Origin: Antedon mediterranea
Taxonomy: Eukaryota; Animalia; Echinodermata
Direction of reading: 5' to 3'
Assembly: GCF_964355755.1 (NCBI RefSeq)
Contig: NC_092671.1
Span: 7,316,001 to 7,380,000, forward strand
DNA: 64,000 bases
Shown here: positions 27,701 through 39,700 of the stretch, piece after piece
Numbering within the stretch: the first letter of the stretch is position 1
Layout: each line of letters begins with the position of its first letter
Position numbers and translations under genes: made by a program
Notes under the pieces: model-generated
What the model was told of the DNA's origin: nothing
What the model saw: the letters and a program-made list of their open reading frames with translations, nothing else
Databases searched by the model: none

Positions 27701-30700
27701 GTTGTATTCTTCTTGGCCCTACCTTAAGTTCATTCCACAAGGTATCATTTAGTCTGTCCAAGCGGTCAAGATCAGCTGGACCAAGAGGGATCTCTCCTGG
27801 TATTGTCATATTGATATCTAGAAGCATTTTATCTATATCATCCAGTAGTATGTGCACACAGGTATCACACGCCACACATCCGCGTTTGGTCAGGGTGTAA
27901 CGCTCCTCACAAGTGTCACAGTCCTCTCCTATAGCACCTTCTGGACAGATACATTCACCTGTGGTTTTATCACACTCAAGGAGGTCTGGGCAAAAACATT
28001 CTAAAATGAAGAAAAGGATCATATGATAATATACAGTAGTCTCATCTGTGAACAACAACAACAACATCTCTTTGAACAAACAATGAATTATTGAATATGT
28101 TATTTCAATCAATTAAATTATAATGGAGAGAAATAGAAAATACAAAAACGGTCTTTTCACAATGCTTTTGTTTAATTATTTAATTTTTTAAACAGAAACA
28201 TAGAAAGAAGTTAATTAAAAATAATGCTTAGCAGTGTGATGAGCAGAGTGTGGAGAAAAGAGAGATGATACAGTACAGTAGGTGCAGCATCTGCAGCTCT
28301 CCACCACCATGTATTATTTGGACATTATTAGAAGGGTTGGGGCCTAAAGTTTGTTAATATTGATTTGTTTGTTTATTTGATTAAATAAATTAAGATACAA
28401 GTTTTACATATTAAGTAAAATATAACTTGACTAAAAGTGTGTTGATGCAGACTAAAAGGTTCAAGAAAAAAACTTTACAGCACAGCCACCGGTTAAAATA
28501 AGAGTCGAAGCAAGAATACAGTTAAATCAAAATATTTAAACCTTATAATTACCTGTACACCCTGCCGGTCCATAATCCCAGAAACCCCTCAAACATTGGT
28601 CACATTTTTCACCCCCAACACCAGGTAAGCAAGTACATACACCAGTTTCCATGTTACACTCGGAAGTGACAGATGCTACCCCACAATCACACATTTGACA
28701 TCCTTCACAAGATGAAAAACCCCATGTATCTGGCTACAATACACAACAACATTCAAAATGATTATTATAAGATGCATTGTCCTCTAAAACAATGAAAATT
28801 AATAAAAGTAAACTTTGAATAATAGACCATTTTGCAGTTATAGTTATATTATTATCCTTAATTTAGTATGTAAATCATCATCGTTTTATTTGTAAACATA
28901 CAAACAACATATAAAAACGAAAAATGATTTGCATATAGCTATAAACTTACCCGGCATCCACTGCATTTATCTCCAATAACATTGGGTTTACACACACATC
29001 CACCAGTACTGTTATCACATCTGGAAACTCCACACGTGTTACACTCGCATTCTAAAAAAACAGAATACTAATTTTAAAACCCCAATAGAAATAATTCAAT
29101 TGTCTGTCATTGGTATGGATGGTGGACTTTTGGTGAGATTGGCTTGCCATACCTTGAATAAACTTTTGTACTTTTGTATCATCTAGTTATAAAAGCATAA
29201 ATTAGTCAGTAAATTGTTCAATCTATTGCTTTGTATGCTGAAACTGAACTTTTTTAAACTTTTTACTCACTTTATTCAGAATATTTTGAAAATTGTGTGG
29301 CTCACTCAGTTTTTGTGATATCTTAGTTAGCGTCTATTGCCTTCATAGACTGAAACTAACTGATCTTAAGCCAATTTTCCACTAGCCAAATTTATTTGCG
29401 CGAATCGAAACCATCAGCTTATATGCATTCGTAGAGAAGGATTTGAAAGATGAAAACATAAATATACGTGCGCTAATTCACTTAGTGGAAAATAGGCTTT
29501 ATTCCATGTTCAATTTCTCTATATTTTATAAGCCTGCCATGTTCCCTAATAGAGGTAATTTTTAAGAATCTGTATGTCATTTAAGTGCATATGTTTTCAT
29601 TTTCTTATTTTTTAAATAAATAGTAAGTTTTGATCAATATTTTTGCTCTGAAACCTTCTTTCCAGATCACCTTTTCGTGTTCTTTTAAAAAATAAAAATT
29701 GCATATACATGATAAAGTTACCTTGACAGTTATGTAAATTAACAGGATCACCATAGTAATCATCAGCACACTTTTCACAATGGAAACCGTCAAATCCTGT
29801 ATCGCAATAGCATTCTCCCGTGAGTGTGTGACAATAGCGTTGCACACGATTTGTATCAGTATTGCCATTACAAAAACATGGCTGACATGAACCACCTAGT
29901 TCAGCAGGGGAACCAAAGTAGTTGTATTCGCATCTGGTAAAGAAAATAAATAATTAAATATACTTATTAAAGATATACTGTATTGTATGCTGTATATTAT
30001 TGTTCTCTTACTTTCAATGATGAAGGACTAGTGTTGTTCAAAAGCTTTGCATTACTTTTTTATCGTATTGATTTACCTTTTTGCTTATTTACCTCCGCCA
30101 AGGAGGCATATGTAATCGGTAGCGTGTGTTTGTTTGTTTGTTTGTTTGTTTGTTTGTTAGCAGGATTACTCAAAAAGTAATTACAAGATCTTTACGAAAA
30201 TGAATAGACAGATAGATATGTGGTCAAGGACCATTCCATTCAATTTTGGGACCATTTGGGACCACAGTCCCAATTCTGGACCACTTTTTAGTTTACTTTT
30301 TTAGACCTGCTAGTGTTAAAAGATAGGACAGAATTTTTCAAAAGCTGGCGAGCAGTCTTAAAGTAACAAGTAAACTGAAATTGCATTTTCTCGAGAACTA
30401 CTTGTCCAAAAAACTTAATTTTTGAACAAGGGGCAAGAGTTATATTTTGTGATTTGTAATTTTAAAACATAATTTGATTTAATGTGCACATTTTTTGATG
30501 CGAGTAGTTTAAAAAACCTATTTCTTTTCAAATTCACTCGTTTGATTTTTGCGTTGCTGTTCTATTGTTAGTCAACTGAAGCTATTGTTAACTGAAAGGC
30601 TTGTTACATAACCATTACACCAAACTCGCATACACATGCTTGTAATGAAATTAGCCTAAATCACAAACAGCATTAAGACACACACAAATATATATATATA

Positions 30701-33700
30701 TATATTTTTTTTTACCGGAGAAATCTTATGTAGGAGAATTTTACAGTAGGCGGAGGTATGCCCTCTCGGAGTAGCTTTCTAGTTTTATTTTGTATTGCAT
30801 TGAGATCCAGCCACTGATACCCACAGTATTGTCATTTTTCCAGAATTTTTCCTTTGGATTTATATTATACAGTATTATATATTATAGAAATAATAAGAAA
30901 CAGCAAATAAAGGGGAATACAGTATGGTAATATTCGTTTTTCATTAAAATAGAACAAACAAGGCAATACATTATGCATTCCTTTATTAGAATCACAACCC
31001 AAGTGCAAAATACAATAAAAAAAGGAACATTTTATAACCATAGGAGCAAAAAATATAAGTAACAGAAGGAATAGATGGTTTCACTTTTATTATGGACCTA
31101 CATGTTCTGATAGATTGATCTCTTCCTCAATGTTTCATTTTGAATGTAGTGTGAACAAAGGCTTAAGGTATAGAACACTTACTGACTACAGCGGACACCA
31201 GTGTAACCAGGCAAACAGTTGCATGTAGTTACTGTTCCAGACACGGAGCAGGATTGAGCAAAACTAAAAAAAAATTTACATAATCAGGTGATTATTTGCA
31301 TAATTAAGCGAGTCCTTTTAAAAATATTGTGAAAATAGTGCTATCTTATTCAATCTTTTCATATTTGTTGTTGTTACACTGAGATCATTGAAATTATGTT
31401 ATAACAATGCCTTAAGTTTGCTGCTTAAGCAGCCTAGAAATTGTAGTGCAAGCATGATGTTTGTCTTAAATGACATTCCATCCTTTGATGAGTTCATTAG
31501 AAAATCGATTTTTTTTTAGTTTTAAAAATCGTGTGAACGCAAGTAGTAATTCTTTGATCATGGCCATTAATCGCCACGTTCTTAATGTGTCAAGAATGCA
31601 CATACAGTGGAATGCCTTGTTGCATTGACTTTATATATATATACATTTTTGTTTTTGTTCTATGAGCTCTTGGATTAAGATTTATTTTTTCTCTTTTGCT
31701 ATGGATATATTATGTCATCATGGTATTCAGAAATAAAAAGATGAATGAATGAATAATATCATTAATAAACCTTCTTATTACATCATTTACACATCACTGG
31801 CTAGCCTTACCATATAGGTAAAAAATATGATATCGATGTTAAAGGCCTACACATTAATAAGTTTATGATTACCTGTTACCCTCGATAGCTTGTGGGCAAG
31901 CACATAGCTGGCAAGGTGATGTACTATTTTCTTTAGAATCTGTATAGTAGCCCAACCTGCAGCCATCGCAGGTTCGACCTTCAGTATTATGTTGACAACC
32001 CTAAACAAACAAATAATGAAACAGAGTGAAGTATATATCGGGGAAAACTATATTCGGAGAGACAAGGTCCATGTTAAATCAGTCCATGTCTAAAGAATAC
32101 AGAAGGCATTCTATTTAACATTGCATCTCATATGGAAGATACAGAAGTCAGAGCATTTATGAAGTGACCAATATCAATTTTCCTGAAAATCAATAGGCAT
32201 GTTTTGTAAGTATATACCTATTAACACCCAAACAGAAAGATAATCTAAAAATTGTGAATAAATATATTCACAACATATAATTTGTAAATTATGAAAATTA
32301 TTCTTTAATTATTATATCATCTATTCATTTTTCTTTTTAAATTTGCTATAATAAATATATATACATGTAGTTAGTACTTACAATGCATTCACCAGTTTCT
32401 TTGTCGCACTGGTCACTGTGTCCATTACACTCACATGGTATACATCTACCACGAAAAGCACCGGCTTCAACACGGTAATAACCATCCCCACAATCCTATT
32501 TTTACAAAATAATTTTTATATTTTTAAGTAAAATTAACAAAAATGCATACCATCCATTTCCAGAGTTACATTAATGAGTTAATAATAATAATGTTTACAT
32601 AATTTTGTTTACTATAGTTTTATTTTTATTTTTATTTTATTTTATTTTTAAAACCAGAAACAACAGCAGAAACAAATCCGCCACTTACAGCTTGGTTTAA
32701 CAGATACAATACAATTACAACAACTCAGAAACACTTAAGTTACGACGAAATAGATAAAGATTGGAATTTTTTTTTTTTACCTCACAAGATAGCCCTGTGT
32801 AACCAACTGGACAATTACACTGCTCTACTGAGTAAACCATCTCTGTACCTTGATTAGTCGCTATATCTAATGACACATTTTTTAAGCTGAAAAGTGATAA
32901 TAACAAATTGTGTTTAGTTTCAACATACAAACATAAATTACAATATAAGAATTTTTTCAAAAATTCACATCATCTTTACACAACTCAATCATATCATTAA
33001 AAAGCCTGCATCGTTCAGTTATTCATAATTTTCCGCAACCGTTTTGAAGAAATCAATTTTGTTAATTAAAACTCTGAGTAAACAAATTCTTAATTGTGCA
33101 TTGTTCTATGTTTTGCTGCCAGATTTTGTGTTTTAAATTCTCTTAAAACACATTTGATATAATTCAACAAACCTTGAATATTGCATTGAAGTGTAGTATT
33201 TTGCTCTGATTTGTAGCATCCTCAGGTCGGCTAACACCATCATAAGGTCCTCACGAGTTACCTGGCCACCACCCAATGAATAATGGAAATTATCCTAAAA
33301 AACAAACAAGTTAAAACTTTTATAGTAATGGTGCATGAATACTGGTAGCCGTTTAAACAATGAAAACCATCAACTAGGAGCTCACGGGGAAAGACACTTC
33401 AGGTTTTTCAATGCAGGAGCTTATAAATGAATTTCCTTTGTTATATTTTAAAAGAAGGACAATAAAAGTTATATCTATAACAACAAGGCACTCTTTGATG
33501 TATAGTTGAGTATTATACTCTCTCAATACCGGACACCCCTGGGATTGACTCATTTCTGGTTTTGTGGAAAGTCTGGTATTATATTCTGAATGTGTTCTTA
33601 AAGTTTTCGGTTTTCTGTAAGTTTGGTATTGGAAGAGTTGACTGTATACCATGATTATTACTATTAAATACATCTACCTCTGCCAAAACAACAAATCTCT

Positions 33701-36700
33701 CTACAGTAGAGTGATATATCTTCTTGTTAAACTTCAATCTCTTGGATTATTATAAAGTTGTATTCGTATTATAATGCTTACCTCTAGAATGTCTAATGCA
33801 ACTACTTGTCCTTGTTGATTCGGTTCATATATGTTACTATAGGTAATCTGAAGATTGCTTCCCTGAAAATGAGTAATTCGACATTGGAAATACAAAATGT
33901 CCATACATTATACATCTATAGCATTTGTTCCACTTCATGGCTGCTTACATTGCATTGCTTTGTTAAAATTTACATATCTATCTTTGGATATTCTACACAA
34001 ACTTTTTTCTTAATGATTGAATAAAATTATGTAACTTTTGTTAATTTAATGTTTGCGAAATGGGATCTTTGTCACATTGTGGCAGATGGTGAGATTTTTA
34101 ACTCAATTAATATTTCTTCATAATTTAGAAAGAAAAAGAAAACTGCACTCACTGACAAAATGACATCGGGACGTCTAATTGAGATGGGTGGATTTGATGC
34201 GTCCGTACGATAATACACAGTGTATCGTAGTTGTCCACCATATGATGTTATCTGAAGATGTAAAATAAAATGTATCAATTATTTTATTGTGTAATGAAAC
34301 ATTCATTTATATCTATAGGAATAAATAGGGGAGGAGGAATTCTGTACTGTCTCTCATTCATTTCATAGGAAAGTATCCTCTTGGATACTGAAAAGCTTTA
34401 TTTGTCCATTACCATAATAAAAGATTGGCAAATATATATTAGTACAATTAAAAACAGATATATATTATAAAATATAAACAAACAATTAAAATAGAATACA
34501 CACACATTATTTCACAAAAATTTAAATTTAAAAATTGGATACAATTTTAACGTTAAAAGTTAAAATATGATAAAATGCATAAAACTAAAATTAGGAGTAT
34601 CCCCTGTATGGTACATCCCCTCAATAGAGGTTTCCAATTAGGAGTATCCCCTGTATGGTACATCCCCTGAATAGAGGTTTCCAATTAGGAGTATCCCCTG
34701 TATGGTATGTCCCCTGAATAGAGGTTTCCAATTAGGAGTATCCCCTGTATGGTATGTCCCCTGAATAGAGGTTTCCAATTAGGAGTATCCCCTGTATGGT
34801 ACGTCCCCTGAATAGAGGTTTCCAATTAGGAGTATCCCCTGTATGGTATGTCCCCTGAATAGAGGTTTCCAATCAGGAGTATCCCCTGTATGGTATGTCC
34901 CCTGAATAGAGGTTTCCAATCAGGAGTATCCCCTGTATGGTACGTCCCCTGAATAGAGGTTTACAATTAGGAGTATCCCCTGTATGGTACGTCCCCTGAA
35001 TAGAGGTTTCCAATTAGGAGTATCCCCTGTATGGTATGTCCCCTGAATAGAGGTTCCCAATCAGGAGTATCCCCTGTATGGTATGTCCCCTGAATAGAGG
35101 TTTCCAATCAGGAGTATCCCCTGTATGGTATGTCCCCTGAATAGAGGTTTCCAATTAGGAGTATCCCCTGTATGGTATGTCCCCTGAATAGAGGTTTCCA
35201 ATTAGGAGTATCCCCTGTATGGTATGTCCCCTGAATAGAGGTTTCCAATTAGGAGTATCCCTGTATGGTATGTCCCCTGAATAGAGGTTTCCAATTAGGA
35301 GTATCCCCTCTATGGTATGTCCCCTGAATAGAGGTTTCAAATTAGGAGTATCCCCTGTATGGTATGTCCCCTGAATAGAGGTTTCCAATTAGGAGTATCC
35401 CCTGTATGGTATGTCCCCTGAATAGAGGTTTCCAATTAGGAGTATCCCCTGTATGGTATGTCCCCTGAATAGAGGTTTCCAATTAGGAGTATCCCCTGTA
35501 TGGTATGTCCCCTGAATAGAGGTTTCCAATTAGGAGTATCCCCTGTATGGTATGTCCCCTGAATAGAGGTTTCCAATTAGGAGTATCCCCTGTATGGTAT
35601 GTCCCCTGAATAGAGGTTTCCAATTAGGAGTATCCCCTGTATGGTATGTCCCCTGAATAGAGGTTTCCAATTAAGAGTATCCCCTGTATGGTATGTCCCC
35701 TGAATAGAGGTTTCCAATTAGGAGTATCCCCTGTATGGTATGTCCCCTGAATAGAGGTTTCAAATTAGGAGTATCCCCTGTATGGTATGTCCCCTGAATA
35801 GAGGTTTCAAATTAGGAGTATCCCCTGTATGGTATGTCCCCTGAATAGAGGTTTCCAAAAGGAATGGTTCTACTCTATACACTAAAATACTCAATCTGTG
35901 TAAAGGGCGTGTGGCGCAGTGTGTTGGACGTTCGACTACTGATCCTGAGATCGAGGTTCGAATCCAACTCTCGCCGCATTGCTTGTATCCTTAGGCAAGA
36001 TACTTTACTTACGTTTGCCTCTCTCCACCCAGGTGTATAAATGGGAACCCGGTTAGATCAAGACACAACTTCGCGCCGATTACTAGCTGCATTATGGGAG
36101 TATGTTTCCATACATGTTTTATCAGGAAAAAATGACTGGGGTAATAATGTTCAGCGCTTAGAGGTTTCACAACATTAGGCGCTATATAAATTTAGGATAT
36201 TATTATTATAATACCTTATTTCCAAGGTATTCTGTTGGAGCTATCCAATATACAGTGATAGGATCATCATTATTGGCTGTGTTTCTTGCATACCATGTCA
36301 GTGTATCGTCATTTTTTACTATTTCACTGTCGCTTGGTTTAGTCACGTTCCATCCACTCATAGAATTCACCTGTAACAAAGATAATACAAAGATATAACT
36401 AACTGATATAATAATACAAAGATATAACTAACTGATATAATAATACAAAGATATAACTAACTGATATAATAATACAAAGATATAACTAACTGATATAATA
36501 ATACAAAGATATAACTAACTGAATGACACTTGCAACATTGATTACTACTATGGATTTCTCAGAATTGAACCTACTTTTAGATAATTGGCAAATGGAGGTA
36601 GATATTACAAACATTCTTTTGGATATATTATGGTGATTGGATTAGTGGAGTTATTTCTTCAACATGTTATTAGCATTAAGAGTCTATTTCGTGAGATACC

Positions 36701-39700
36701 TACCTGCATAGACTCTACATATGTGGAGTCTATGCAGGTAGGTACCTCACGAAATAGCCTACCAACACAACCATTAAGATTTTACCTGTTGTCTGTATAA
36801 GTTGGTACTTGCAGCACAGTCACTGGTGATGCCAAAACAGAAACATGAAGTACAACCTTTCGAGTTACGTTCTACTAAGTGGAATGTGTTTCGGGAACAT
36901 TCATCACAAAATTCACCTACAACATTTTCCTACAGATAGAAACAAAAACAAAGATATCAAACACTAAACAAAAGATAAAAAAGTTTAAAAAAAGAAAAGA
37001 ATAGACTTAAAGGGTTCAACTCTGTAAAGTTCTGTCTGTCAAACTTTATGTGCAAAAAATATGTGATGTGCCCATATATGGACATGATGATGTCATATCA
37101 CAACGATATCTGGGCACATCATCAAACTAGTTTGATTGTGTTGACAGAGCTTAAACAATATTATTTGATATACAATACATAATATAATTTTATTTTTTAT
37201 TTATTTTATTTTATTCAAACTCATTCAACAGCGGGAAACCCGCCCCTTACAGAATGGAATAAACTATACCATATAAAAATATATATAAATCTTAAAATCT
37301 AGCAATACAAATTTATACAATTTTACTAATTTTATTACAAAAACAATTATAACGGTCAAAAAAGAGATCAATAGAATTATCTTTAACAACACAATTATTA
37401 AAAAGAAGACAAATACGTGAAATAAATCCATTCTTGGTAACATTAACACGACAAAACGGCACATAAAGAAGATTACATTTGGAATTACGAGTACGACAAC
37501 CAACAGCTTTAACATGAAAGGAAAACAAGGAGATAAAATTACAATTGAAACGGGAATTCATACATTTATACAAAAACTGAAGATCGAACATAGAACGACG
37601 AGAGACAAGCGAAGGAAGAGAGACAGACAAAGGAGGACAGTGACAAGTAGAATACACAAAACGAACAAAACGATCTTGGACTCTTTGAAGACGGGTACTA
37701 TGAACAGACGAAAACGAATTAGACACAACACTACAGTATTCAAGATGGGGACGGACAAGAGAAACATATAAATTAATTAAAGTATTAGAATTTTTAAAAC
37801 ACCAGCAATTACGACGTATCATGCCTAACATTCTATTTGCTTGACTAACAGCGGCATCAACTTGAGGAATAAAATTTAAGTTACAGTCGATAATAATACC
37901 AAGATCTTTATGACGATCAATTCTTTCCAAAACATGATTATTAATGCTGTAATCATATTGGATATATTGTCTTTTCTTAGTAATCGTCATAATTTTGCAT
38001 TTTGGTACGTTTAAACTCAGCTTCCAGGTGGTGGTCCATCTGAAGAGTGTACCAAGGTCATTTTGAAGGGAAACAGTATCATTAGGGCCATTGATAGTAT
38101 TAAAGAGTTTAAGATCATCCGCAAAAAGTAAGCAAAAAGAAGAAAGATTAGAAGGGAAATCATTGATAAAGATATTAAATAAAAGGGGACCAAGGATCGA
38201 GCCCTGGGGGACCCCAGACAAGACAATGAGCCAATCAGAAGCTTGACCTTGAAACATAACGCGTTGCTGCCTGAAATCAAGGTAACTAACAAATAATTTA
38301 AGGATAGGGCCAGAAATACCAAATTTGGAAAGTTTATGGACAATTTAAATAAATAATTTAATATGAAAAATGTTTGACCTTGCAAATGCAATCAGCAGAG
38401 ACATCATCACAGACTCTTTCAACAGTGCCTGGTAACTGGCAGTTACATACACTACAGAAGGGGTATGAATGGAAACCAGGCAAACACTGGTCACAGCGTC
38501 GTCCACCCACATTCGGCTTACAACTGAAACAAAAAAACATGTGTATATATTAAGGCCATTGTTTATCTTCTCTACTCCAGAGATTCAATAAAGTCATTTA
38601 TGATTTATTTTAAATCTAATTTTATTTATTTCATTCATTTGTTTATGTGTTATGTTTGAACCTTGTATCTATGTCACCTTTATTTCAATGTGTTCTTATT
38701 TCAATCTTGTACCTATGTGACCTTTGCTCTTACAAACTTACTTGCACTGTCCAGACACTCGATCACATTTATTGATGTCACCTTCAGTTCCTCGATCATC
38801 ACATTCACACTCCTACAAAAACAAATATTTTTTGTCAAACAACCCAATATTAGAATATTCTACAAAACTCTATTAAGGGGACACCTTCGGTACCCAAAAT
38901 AATGGTGTCCCTTGAATAGGGGTTAAAACATATACTTCTTCTCGTTTCACTGGAAATCTGTGTTTAATAGGGATGTCCTCTGAATAAGGGTGTCCAGGGG
39001 TTCTACTATATCTCTTTAAATTGTTTGTACACTATAGTTGATGGTTAGAGTAAAAGAAGAAAACATTATGTTAACAATGTAATGTATAAGTAGAGTATGT
39101 TACTCAATCATTCTGTCCTCTCTGATATCTTATTTTTACCATCAAGCCTAATTGTAGGATACTCTATCTGTCAATTACCAGATCAAATTCATCCTCAATT
39201 TTTACATGTTTTGTCTTTCATAGATTTGCTGTATATCATTTACACAGTGCAATGAATAATTTCATTTACTTAGTAAAAGCACATTATGTTATTTACAAAT
39301 TGGAAAACTATCTTACAATACAGCCAGCAATTGGATCGTAACCAAAGTAATTCTCCTGACAGCCATCGCAGGAATCACCGATGACATTTGGTGGACAAAT
39401 ACAAACACCAGACACATCATTACATACCCCAGATAAACATTCACAATCTTTTATGAAAATAAACAAAACATATAATAAATACTTTTCTCAAAATAAAATG
39501 TTCAAAACCAAAACATCTGTTTGGTCTAAAAGCCTTTTTTCTCACTTTGTAAAATGTGTTGAAACAACCATTTTTGGGTGAGCCTAAGGGTACTCAGCTT
39601 TTTGAAAGTTACTGTATAGACATAAGGTCAAGCCCTCAAGGCAAGCTCTTATTCTCTAAAGAACCCCAGTTCAACAAAGATGTAACTGAATAAATATTAG

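Noticed and set aside
33678-33740. Alternative laminin exon ending GCAGAG|GTAGAT
   Set aside because: No pyrimidine tract, only ~40 nt from the previous donor, and no laminin-like peptide.
34589-35857. Regular arrays (also 44531, 48958, 55226, 62750) as CRISPR arrays
   Set aside because: Units are contiguous with no unique spacers, there are no cas genes, and the context is eukaryotic intron or intergenic DNA.
35905-35975. tRNA genes (also 40260, 41615-41687, 23865-23930)
   Set aside because: A/B boxes are present but there is no proper cloverleaf; most continue into SINE bodies and tails.
37264-38391. Overlapping ORFs at 37264, 37514, 37558 and 38017
   Set aside because: They are alternative frames or the antisense of the LINE RT fragment.
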